This document shows positions 50,400 through 62,800 of a DNA stretch of 64,000 bases, piece after piece (within the stretch, counting starts at the first letter, position 1; each line of letters opens with the position of its first letter). The stretch comes from Ascidiella aspersa (taxonomy: Eukaryota), in assembly GCA_963924565.1 (NCBI GenBank), contig OZ004607.1:31496001-31560000 (forward strand). The letters run 5' to 3'. A program made the translations under genes and the position numbers. A model generated the notes under the pieces. The model was given only the letters and a program-made list of their open reading frames with translations, did no database searches and was not told the origin of the DNA.

Positions 50400-51621
50400 A
50401 TGGCAAAAAAGGAGGATCGTGCAAAGATTCTTTCTGGCCTCGAGCTTCGAGTCATCACGGAGGAAGATTCAGATCGGGTGTTGGATTTTTTGGTAAAAAA
50501 TTACAGCAATCAGCATCCGCTTAGAGAGATATTCGGCGTCACAATAGCTCGAGGGATTGAATTTGACCGACAGCGATTTCGGGCAAAGGTCAAAGACGGT
50601 GTTTCCTTGAGCGTCTATGTCAAAGCAACGAACGAACTTATTGGCGTCGAAATGAGCTCGGTGGCCACAAAGACGAATCATGGAAAAGAGCCTGAATTCG
50701 ACTGTAATGAGAAGGAGCAAGTCATGATAGACTTTTGCGATTTTATAGAAGGTTGGCCTTTAAAATATTTAAGTTTCAGTGATTAGGGTTTTGCAATTAA
50801 AATAAGTGTAAAATAACTAAAATGATCCGGATGCATTTTACATTCTATAATAAATTAACTTTATGAACAAGCCCTAGTGGATTTTGTCAAGTTCATCGGA
50901 GGTCAGAGAAAATGCATTGATATTCAGTCTCAAAAATAAAATATTCTCCAATTTCCTTTAGTCACTAATAGCTGTCGTTCTGTAAAATTCCTAAGCATTG
51001 ACAAAAGTCAAACTTAAAAAAGTGCATTGCTGACTTACATGTAAAATTAGATTATTATTAAAATCTAAAATAAGTTTTATTTGCCGCATTTCAGAGGAAA
51101 ACTTTTAGTAGGAATATTAAGTGGTCTTGCGATATTACAAGTGTTACAACGATAAAGTTAACCGGTTTTGTGTGACACAATTGCTGTTTCTTCAAATACC
51201 GTTTTATATATCGTTCGTAAAACAAGCACAATTTTACTTCTTCCAATAAAAATACAACTGTTTTTTTCTTGCAGGAGACATCTTCCATGATCTAAAGACA
51301 GACAAGATACTTTGGTCGAGCATGGCCACTGTGACTGAAAAGTACAGGGGTTTGAATCTGTCCTCTCTTGCAGATTCTACTCGTGAGAAGTTTGCCGCAA
51401 CTAATGGTTGCGAGTATCATGCAACTTTGGCGGTGTCGAACTTTTCGCAGCGCAAATTAACAAGGGCAGGCTATACGACTCTGAGGGAGATAAACTACAG
51501 CGATTACGTTGACCCCAAAACAGGTTTGAAGCCGGATTTGAAGTTGTCCCCTATCCACACTCTTGCGGCGGTTATGTACAAGCCAGTTGGGGCAACAGAG
51601 TCGATTTCAGGCAAACTGTAA
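50400..51621 (+). CDS. Insect-type AANAT/Dat-like GNAT, copy H (232 aa, ends -GKL)
   Basis: Exons 50400-50751 and 51275-51621; ends ISGKL. Confidence 0.92.
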
Positions 51622-52013
51622 AATTATTGAACGATATATCCTAAATCGTTTTGTCAGTTGATAGTAACACCATTGCTGGCAAATTGTGAAAATTTGTTTT
51701 GCTCAAGCTGCCAATTTCTCGTAAACATTTTCTGAGATTACGTTGGGATGTAAGGTTGTGTTTGTGTTTTTTGTTGATAATATTACATTTTATTCAAAAA
51801 AATGCTCTGAAAGGCGAACCAATTATGGATTTTTAATTATCTCTATTCTAAAGACCTTGAATTTAAGCTTGTGAATAGGCCTACGCACTTACGGCAAGGT
51901 TGTTTACAACTTTCTACTTATAACGAGTAATGGCACCAAAGTCAATCATAAGTAAACTGTGATATTTGTTACGGTAACCTATATTTCTTTGATCGTTTTG
52001 GGATTGTATAGTG

Positions 52014-52324
52014 CAGTGGTTCTCAACCTTTTATGGCTTGCGGCACCCCTCAGAAAAAATAAATAGATTGCGGCTCCCTTACAAAATTTTTCTGTAGGTA
52101 AATCACTATAGAATGTCACAATAAACATAAACGGAACTGAGCAAACACACATGAACTCTGCACAACGTGGGAAGTTTTAATTAGATTTATTCCACTCTAA
52201 TCTTACACAAAAAGTTGTAATAGTCCAAAAATCAGATTATTAAAGATTCTCAAATATCTGTCGGCACCCTTGGCTTTATAAATAGCACCCCAAAGTGCCG
52301 CGGCACCCCGGTTGAGAACCACTG
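52014..52324. mobile_element. hAT MITE (CAGTGGTTCTCAACC TIR)
   Basis: TSD GTATAGTG; sister copy at 61111-61398. Confidence 0.92.
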
Positions 52325-53516
52325 GTATAGTGGATATTATTTTTGCAATCGCAGGCAAACTGTTAATATTAATTACGCTGAAGTTAATTGTGCACTTACA
52401 TTTTCAACTCCGCGTTGAACCAATACTTATACTAAGACTATAGCCGTTTTTTATATTTTTCTGACACCTATTTAAATGCGTGCGTACCGAGACCTAATAA
52501 AAGTTGTACACGCTGATTAGAAGATGAACTGATTTTGCCTAACACAAAAGGCGGCAAGTTGTTTTTTGCAGTGTGCAAAAACAATTTCTCGTTTGTTAGT
52601 TTTTTCACAGATTTTGCGGTAATTTTTGTCATATTAGTTTTAGGATTTTATCAATCACGTTATACGTTAACGTATTACAATTGCTTTGTAGGGTTTTTTA
52701 ACGCAATTTTCACATGAATTTATTTCCGCTGTCTAAAACAAATAGGAAAGTGGAAATTAACTTCTTTAACCAGAAATAAGTTCACTGTAAGCTTCTCTGT
52801 AAAAATTTGACTAGAAAAAAAAAAGAGTATAAAACATTTATTGCCCGACTAAGTAGAAAACAAGTTGAGTGTTAATTTTAACGAAGTTTGATAGTTGCAT
52901 ACAACAGCCAAGGTGAAAGTAAGCCGGAACAGCGTTACCAGTAAAATAAGTGCTACAGGAACACCGCTCCGGCAAAATATTATTTCCACATACGCCGTGC
53001 TGGTAAAAACTGTTTTTTTTCACCATATCATCCCATAATCTCTTTGAATATTTTTAAACTAAGATTTGAATTGCATATTTGAGCATTTCACTGAACGATA
53101 ACCACAGGTTTCCAAAAGTTACTTGTTTCTGACGTCCTGCCTTGACATACCTTGATGACGCCATATTTTAACATTCGCAAGCGATCCGGTAACTATTTTT
53201 TTTTCATCGCTGCGGAAAAAAAAGTCTACTTTCACTCGTGAACAGCAGACATTCACGACGAATGCATGGAGCAAATGTTGGCAGTTTTAGAACAGCTAAA
53301 TACAACGTAAACGAAAACAGGCCAACACGGGGTTTACAAATAACAAAAAAACAGCGCAACAAACATTTTATTAGAAGTAAATAAGATGCGTTGTTTAGGT
53401 ATAAGAGAGTCGACGATGTTCCAACCTTCACTTGCCTCGTCAAGCGTCATTTTAAGGCTTCTACAGAAGCTACAGTTTTTGGTTTAAGGAATTCCCCCCA
53501 AACTTGAGCCATGTTT

Positions 53517-55917
53517 TTATTCATTCCGCAATCTCTTTATTGCTGGTTCAACTGGTGTCCCAGACCTCTTTAATGACTCGTCTGATTCTATGTAAATAGG
53601 TAATTAAAACATAACTTTAAGCTTAACCATGATAAAATAGTTAAAAAATAGAAAAAAAACAATATACAAACTTAGCAAAAAATGTCATTTTTGCTTGTAA
53701 AATGTAATGTAGTGAAATACAGTTGACATACTGTCTGTTTGATTGGATAATTCACCAACATTGCCGTTGGGAAAGGATCCTAAAGAATCTCTTGATTTCT
53801 CATCTTGCCAGGTTGAGGTAGAGTCCATTGAACTTTCATCAATATCCGCAGGACTTGGTGCGGATGTCGGTGTAGACACATTAGTAGTAGCTGAATACGT
53901 TTTTGAAAAAAACTTTAGGATAGGTAATATGCAAAATATTAAATTATGGATTATAAAAACAAATAAATATATGGGGGTTAATCACAATTTTTTTGAATAT
54001 AATGTTCTTTCAAAAATTGTTGTTCAAATAACTAGAGAAAGACCTTTAAATAAAAACTTCTGATATTTCACTTCTATCGATGTATTGCTATCTGTAAATT
54101 TTGACCAATATTTAATACAAAAATTTGTGAAAAAAAAATTGAATTTTTTCTAAAAATTGAAACAAATTTCCATTTTTTAAACTTTTGTGTAGCTTTAGGC
54201 CTTTCAATGTGCAAAATAAGAGATTACTAAATATAGGTCGATAAACTAAAATCATTTTTTTTTAGATTTTTTTAATAGTTAATTCAATTTTTGACTACCT
54301 CGAGGTATATAATAAAATTGTTATCGGAACAGAGTGCCAAATATTAAAAATAGTGTATCAGTTCGAAAAAGTGATATCGGTTGAACTCTAGAAGCAATGC
54401 ACAACATTAACTTATTTTTGAACAACACCTACTGTTGTAAGGCGGCTCCATTGAATTCTCATTGGAAGGATCTATAATACTTGTTGCAGGATTAACTATA
54501 GGAGGGATAAGTTGATCGCCAGTTGTCCATGTTTGTGCTGTAAACAATTGATCAGCATCACGTTATAACTTATAAACGTGCAATAAGATAAAGTGTAAAT
54601 CATGAACCAGAAACAGTTGAATTCAAAAAATATTGTTAGAATTATTTTATGATCATAAATTTGTGCACAAGAGTATACAAAGCAGGGTGTCAAACTACAG
54701 CCTTACTGAGGGCCGAGCCCGCATTAGGTAAATAATTCGAGTACATGATGGAGCTGCATTATATCAAACATATTTATTGTATCTGCATTATGCCTCATAT
54801 ACACATAGATGTTTAAGCAGTATTTATCTATAAAAAGTAATGGAGGGCCATTGGAACCAGCATGATCTTATTATCTTCAAACACCAAATATCAATTAAGG
54901 AAAACATTGTATTTAACAAATTTCATTTGTGCTAAATTTAGGTTGCCAAAAATTGTTGATATTTTTGCTTCTAAAATAAGAAAATAGTCAGACATTCGCA
55001 ACAGTTTTACGTGTAAGAGGCGTCATGCGACCATCAGCAGCATCTTTGAAACACCTGGTTTAGAAGGAGTTCCTCAATTTTAAATAGAAATTGGCCAAGT
55101 TTAACGAAAATAATTAAGTTTAATACATGCGATTTGGGTGTGTGAAAGTTTAACCAACTTCTTGGTGAGTCAACTTCATATCCACACAACATTCAAAACA
55201 ATTTCAGATCTTGCCGAAAAAAATCTTTTTTTTAAAAAGGACTCGCAGACTGCACGAAATGGTTGCGAAGCGACATGGATGTTTGACATACCTGATAAAG
55301 TAAATAAAACTGAGTATGTACATGCTAAAAAATATATAAATACATGTTAAATAAAACAAATATTTACTTTGTGGTAGTTTTTCAGGTTTTATTTCTTTTA
55401 CAGTTTCTGCAACTGGAACCCATTTGTAAATGCGAAGAGATGAGTCAGCTAAAGAAACCCATTTTTTCTCCCTGAAATATAATATATAATAAAGCAACAT
55501 AAGGAAATCACAACACAATGAAAAATTATGTACTGTATTTCCAATGTTTATAGACTTTTTAGATATCTTCTGATTTAAGCAGCAAAAAAATTAATAACAA
55601 ATTTCACACTAAATCACACAATAATAATTTAATCTAGAACATCAACAAGTGGTTTGGAATAACTACATTGAAGGGTAAATAAAGGATTATTTTAAAAGAG
55701 ATTATCAGATAGTATGACAAATAAACTTAATTTATGACAACATAGACAGCAATAAAATAAACGAAAATTAAATTTGTTAACTATTCTAAAACAAACAATA
55801 AATATACAATTCAAATTTATACCATTTGCGAACTTTTTCCAACACTGTCATGGCTCGTTTAATGTCATCTTTAGCACGACTTCTGGTCTCAGCTCGAGAA
55901 GATCTGCTTGATGACAT
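53517..55917 (-). CDS. BCL7: BCL7 family protein (BAF/SWI-SNF subunit)
   Basis: Exons 55917-55823, 55471-55368, 54495-54433, 53890-53732 and 53587-53517. N-terminal [15 protein letters not shown]...EKVRKWEKKWV...[12 protein letters not shown] is the BCL7 signature; C-terminal PAIKR. Confidence 0.93.
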
Positions 55918-56680
55918 TTTTAAATGTATATATATATTGTCTAAAAACAGTACAAATCAAATTAAACCCTTTGTGGATATCAAAGTTAGAATAAATTCTA
56001 TAGTTGTTTAGACGCTACTCTCAAATTCCACCACTTTTTTTACAGTAACAAAACAAGTTGTCAAAAATGAAAATGCAAGAAATAAATAAACATGGAAGAA
56101 TAAATATAATAATAATAATACTTGACACACCCGTCCAAAATTCTAACTTGCACTGTGACCCTAAATTGTTAACAATATAACATCTCGGACGAAAATGTGG
56201 TAGGATTCTAGACCAGTGCCAGTTATTTTACTTATATAAAGTGAATGAATAGGCTAAGGATATTTAACATATTTCCCGCAAAATGTGTGTGTAAATGGAT
56301 GATACTATCATTGTTAACCGCTTCTTATTGCTCACACCAATTTTTAAAAGACAATACTTCATTCTACTGCCACAGTAACCATAAAACTACGCCTGTTCAC
56401 ATTGTCCAATATTTACAATTCGACTGATGGCTCTTCTATCGCGCACATCGCACAACAATGGCGGACGTTGTCTGTCATATCCGAACAAAAAAGGCCATCT
56501 TTTAAAAGTTAGTTAAAACTTTCGTTCAGTTGTTTTTGATTCAAAAAAAGAAAAAGCGTATTTATATTGCTATTTTTTTCATTCTGGTTGTTTGATTTCT
56601 GATTTTTATACGTTTTTTATAAAACCCATCACAAAATAAATAAAATAAGGTGCGCCACTATGCGGAATCCACAAAGGATG

Positions 56681-56713
56681 GTTGTTATAGAAACGTAAAC
56701 TGGCATGTTTGCT
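56681..56713 (+). promoter_or_regulatory. RFX X-box (GTTGTTATAGAAAC) plus forkhead-like GTAAAC/TGTTTGC sites upstream of DNAI1
   Basis: Close match to the X-box palindrome GTTRCYATRGYAAC, ~110 bp before the ATG of a motile-cilium gene. Confidence 0.65.
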
Positions 56714-56800
56714 TTAAGCTTGATTGCTGAGATTTTTACAAATAAAAAGCGCAGTTAGTTTCTAAGCAATTATTAGTAATTAATCAAGGCTACAATAGAT

Positions 56801-59800
56801 ATGCCTCCCAAAGCAAAGTCTATCAAGGTAAGTTAAAATATACTTCTTTTAAAATATAAAAATTTGCACAAACTAACTTGCTAAATGGCAAATACTAAGG
56901 CAAAAATAGCCAAAAAAATGAGAAGGTAAATATTGAAACCTGAAATCATAACATTTGATGGATTTATTTTAATACTAGGTAAAAGTATTTTTAAAACTTA
57001 TCCAAGTCTCAATTCTGTTTAATATTGATTTTTGAGATTAAAAATAATTTAATACTCGTATAGGACTACATTAGTTGCCATTTAACCTAACAATCTTTAG
57101 GCAACATAAATATAATAATTTTTTTTCTGGTATATAATAAATATTTTACTAATAAGTGTTGGCATATTACTTCTTTAGTTTTGTAAAATTACAAACAAAA
57201 TATACATAAAACCCATATTGATGCTGATCATCTTTTTAAAATAAGTTTATTTAAATTTATCAGAAATACCATATCCTAAAAGTTTGAAATAAATGCATGT
57301 ATATTTTCTTAGATTCCGAAGCGAAATCTTAGATAAATCCTGCTATTAATTAAACCTTTACATTTTGCCATTAGGCGTACTCATTATAGTCATTAATCAA
57401 TATTTACTATTTTATTATTTACAATTTTGTGTTAAATTTGATTGCTAGGGGCCAGGCTCTACAGTTGGAGCCAAGCCTAGTAAAATGAAAGGAAGACAAA
57501 AGAATCGGGTAAGAAAAATAGTTTTCAATTCTGACCAAGTTTATATTTACCAAGATAGTGTGAACTCTTCTAAACAAATCTTTTGTTTTGTTTGAATTCC
57601 CAAAGAGGATTTTATTAAATTTAACGTAGGTTTGTAAAGTTGTGTTATCTTGGAAATTGATTTGTTATATAACATATTTTTAGGAGGAAGATGATATGAC
57701 AGAGATGGGTGACCTCAGTGATGAATATGTCCATGGAAAGACCCTTGTAAAACCAGAAGACCAGTTGGACTTGAATGAAACTGAGCTTAAAGAAGAGTTT
57801 ACTAGAATCCTTACTGCAAACAATCCACATGCTCCACAAAACATTGTCCGCTTCAACTTTAAGGTCAGTTATTTAGCAAATTCAAGTTTCCTTATTTTTT
57901 GTGTTTTGCAATACTGATTTTAGATGTTTGTGTATTGATTGGAATGCATTGTTTTAATACTTGAATCAAGGACTATGATCATTGCTTATATCGATTCATT
58001 TGAATCTTATTATTTAATTATGCTTGCAATTTTATCTTAATAGTCATGAAATTTTTTTCATATTTTTACTACAATATTAAAAAAATATATGCCTTTAATG
58101 AACAACTAAATTTCCAGGAAAAGAAAAATTAACAAATAGTTATTTCATCTAAGTATAGAAATGTTTTAAAGGTTCAGTTTATGTTGGCACCTTTTTAAAG
58201 CATTTTTTACCTGACATACAATAAACCTAATAATGGCTTCTCCTACTCAGAATCTCAAAGTTTTAAGGATTGTACACAATATGTGATTAGCTATTTTGTC
58301 ACTGATCATATGTATATTTTCAATTATTAGGAGCGAACATACAAGCAAACTTCAAGTGTAGATCAGATTGCAATTCACTTTGCCCTGGATGGAAACATGC
58401 TGCACAAAGACTCGGATGAAGCCCGAAGACAGAGAGCCAAGGCTGGCATCGGAGAGAGTCGAAGGTAAATGTCTTGTTGATACTTGATATATATGTTCTA
58501 TATATTTACAACCAGAATAAAGAGCACTAGAAATGGAAATTTATTATGTTTAAATACAAATCAAACACTATGCTTCTAAATTGCGCTATTTTGTTACTAC
58601 GTTTGATATTCTTTTGTATGTAATTTCCAATTGGTACCTATTGTTTGTTTGTATTCCCCATGAAGCTGAAAATCAGTTGAATTTTTCATTGGGTAAGTTT
58701 TTAGTCTTTGAAACATGAATCATATTTCGTATAAAGGTTTCTATATAAAGGTAAAACAACTACCTAACATTGTTACATAAATAAACATAATCTACGTTTC
58801 ATACTTTTTTTTGTTCCTTTTTTTTTTTCTTTTTTTTTTTGTACTTCTTTTTGCCATTTTTTAATCTAGAGGGAAAGCATGGCACAAATTAAAACCTTTG
58901 TTCTCGTAAGCGCCAATACAAACTGGTCTTTGGCAAATAAAAAAAGCATTTAACCGACATCGAACCCGTCTTTTTCATAGTGAGGCTGCGTTGAGCGAAG
59001 CTGGTGAGGATGAAGCAACTGGAACCGGCGAAGGAGAAGAAGGTGACAAGGAAGAAGTGGCTGAGGCACCACCGGCCAAGAAGGAAAGCCTCCGGAATCA
59101 GTTTAACTTTAGCGAGAGGGCCTCGCAAACCTTCAACAATCCCTACAGAGTAAGTGAAGGTTATCTTATGCACTGATATCCAGACCCCACTAAGTAAAGT
59201 TTTTTTTATTGTAAATCACAAGTATTTGTTTTTTTGTTTTTTTTTTGGCATTTTGATTTTCATTTGGGCTCAAAAACTCCTCACACAAATTCAAATGACA
59301 AAATAAAAAAAATGTTCTTTGAGAAATAACCTGACAACTCTGATATACGTCTACGTGGCGTTTAATTAAGTACTAGAAATCATAAAAAAGTGGCTCTAGG
59401 CAACCCATACTGGTTAAAAACTTAAATTATATATCTAGCCATTAGATATTTTAAATATTGTAAACAAGTCATCTTGAAACGACTTAAGTCCCACTTGAGC
59501 CATTGCTAATATAACTTACGTGTTTGAATAAATAAGTCTAGTCAAAGTCACCCATTACCCACTTCATGTCTCAGTCAAGTCGTAATACAAGCAAGCCAAG
59601 GCCTTATCATAAAAATCAAACGTTAAACTATTAAAATTGGTAAACCCGACCCAGATTATGAGCAATAAAAAACGCAACATATAACAAGAAGGTTTAAAAA
59701 GTTAAATAACACAACTTATAATGCATAATATGAACACATTATTTCAACCCAAGTCTTTATTCAAGCATCTTTTAGTCAAATCCAGTCATTTGTGAGTTAA

Positions 59801-62800
59801 GTCAAGTCAAGTCATTTTGTCCAAAAGTTCAAAGTCAAGTCACCACAACACTTTAGCATACTAAATTTAACGAGTTAACACTATTAATCACACGGATATT
59901 CCACGCATGGTACCGAAACATTTAAACAATTGCATTACTAAATAACCCATTCAACAAGGGCCATAACTCTTAACCACAGTGTGCATATAAATTCTTTTAT
60001 ATTTTTACAAAAGTTTTTAAAGGCGTTTTCCTAAAGTTCAAGTTTCCCTTTCTAAGAGGATTGGACAAGCAAAACACCAGCCTACGAAAATTGTATATGT
60101 AAGCCATTTTGACAAAAAACATGCACAAGTTATTTATGTTTATTTGTAAAGGAACGTGGATGTGCAACCGAACCTCCGCCGAGATCGAACTTCTCCGCCA
60201 CGGCCAACCAGTGGGAAATCTACGACGCTTATTACGAGGACATACAGAAACAGGTTGGCGGTCGGTTTCTATGTGTTATAAACAAGTCATTTCAAAATCC
60301 AAGACACAAAAATAAAGCGTCATCAACACTTAATTGGTAAACTCGTCCTGCTATAAACTACAACTAAATTGTTTATATGCAAAATTTAAGATTAATATTC
60401 GAATTTTATTACTACTTAGTTGATTAAAATACTTCATTTTACCCAAGTTGGTTTACAGCAAGATTTAAGTCCACTTCAAGTCACTTTTTTAAAAGACTTA
60501 AGTCAAGTCAAGTCATTTAGTCAAAAGACTTTTAAAGTCAAGTCAAAATTATCTGAAAACAGTGACTTAAGTGCACTTAAGTAATTTCATCGACTCTAGT
60601 TCATACAACACTGCCGTTTATTTTCGGTCTGTTTTAATTTTTAACAGCGCACGCGTTGTTTTTAAACGGCATTGGGGTTTTCATTTGTGCTCAGATACTC
60701 CTAACACAAAATCAAATGAAAAATGAAAAAAAATGTTCTTTAAGAAATAACCTGACAACTCTAATATTCGTCTACGAGGCGTTTAATTACTGGAAATCAT
60801 AAAAGAGTGTTTCCAAACCATAACGGTTAAAAACTTAAATTATATATCTTGTTGCGCTTAGATATTTTAAATATCGTGATACACAACCTTAAAGTTAATT
60901 CTGTTATAGGAGAAAGCGAAAGAAAAGGCAAAACAAGTCCCCGCCTACAGAAAGGACGACGACAAGACCAAAAAGAAGCTTGTGGTGCCAGAGACGCAAA
61001 CAGACGACATCTCGCGGGTCGCAATGGCCGCAAAGATTGTCGGTAGGTGGCGCTAGGTAGTTTTTTTTTTAATTTTTGTCACGTAAATCAAACAAAACGA
61101 TTATCTAGAAAAGTGGTACTCAACCTAATATGGCTTGCGGCACCCCTAAGAAATAATAAATAGATTGCGGCACCCCTACAAGATTTTTACGTAGGTAATT
61201 TACTAAAATGTCACAATAAACAGAACTGGAACAACACCATTAACTCTAAACAACGCAGGAAGTTACAATTTGATTTATTCCACTCTAATCTTACACAAAA
61301 AGTTGTAAGAGTTGAGCAAAAAACAGATTCTTAAATTTTTTTAAATTTTTCGAGGCACCCTTGAGCATTAGAAATGGCACCCCGGTTGAGAATCACTGAT
61401 CTAGAAGCTATATTCTAGGAAAACACTACATTTCAATACGAAACTGCGCGGCCATAAATCTTTGTTAGATATTATTGTAATCTTGAATAAGGTTTTTTTG
61501 CTTTTATTGTCTATATACATTTTTTTTGCCCTCATGATCAATAGGATATTTCTTCAAGCAATACTTTTTGTGGCGTGAAACTTTATTTCTCTGTAATCGC
61601 ACGTGTTCCGATAACGTACAACTGATAAAAGTATCGGAGTGCCCAAGTTGCCAAAGAACACGCGAAAAAAACGAATTTCTCGCAACGCTTCGGACCCCGA
61701 TAAAGTTTGTTTTAAAACCCAAACTTTGCTCGACAGAGAGGATGGTGAACCAGAACACGTTCGACGACATCGCACAGGACTTCAGCTACTTCGAGGACGC
61801 TTCGGACGAGTTCAGAGACCAGGAAGGCACTCTCCTGCCCCTCTGGAAGTTCTGCTACGACAAAGCAAAGCGCCTCGCCGTCACTGCAGTCTGCTGGTAA
61901 GAGGTGTTATAATGCAGGTGGAAACTATAGAAGGCGAGGTGTCATACCTAGACCAGTGCTTCTTAAACTATTTTAGTTTTGTTCACCCCTAGCATCTATC
62001 TCCAGATTTCATTCACCCTTGTCTCATGATAGGATAAAACTATCTCATCTATATATAACAGCACACCCGGAATATCCGCCATGCTCGCAAGCTATCATTC
62101 AATTCTGACGGTTCACCCTTATTCACCCCTTTTGGTTGGTTCACCCCTACAAAAATTTTATTCACCCTGGGGTGAACCACTTACCTGATTAAGAAACACT
62201 TACCTAGACGAGAGAGCGCCTTGCGATAATAATTACCCCCGACTGCAATTGCGCTTTACATTTCTACTTCAAACAGAAGCAAAAATCGGTTATGATTGGA
62301 TATGACGCTGACTTTCTTAATTTTGAGTTAACTTAATTACTTTGCATTATTTTTACCTATAGCAAGTAATACCTCATAAGTAACTTTTTTGAAAACGTAG
62401 TTCTAGAAACAAATTACGTTCCTTTCGCTTTCAAAGGTACATGTTATTATCACAATTTAATAAAACAAAGTTAGAGCCTTTTTTTGTTTAAATTCGTTTT
62501 ATTGTCCCTTTGTTTAAAACCCATTTTTGGAAACTAAAATACGCATTAAACACTTGCCCAGTATTTTTAACAGTCTATCAAAGGTAGATAAAACCCATAC
62601 AGCATTTATGTGGTAAATTTAGGTCAACGTTTATATTTTTAGCGTCATTTTCAATTCTCACAGCCCTTTTACGCTTTACATAAACTTTACGCTAACCTAC
62701 GATTGGGTATTTGCATACGTGTTAACTAAATATATAAAATATAACATAAATGGCATGTAAACTTGAATTCGTACCCTATCTATGGGAAACATTAACAAAC

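Noticed and set aside
55138-55292. Extra BCL7 exon after the ctttatcag acceptor
   Set aside because: It runs into a stop without a good donor; skipping it gives a complete in-frame protein.
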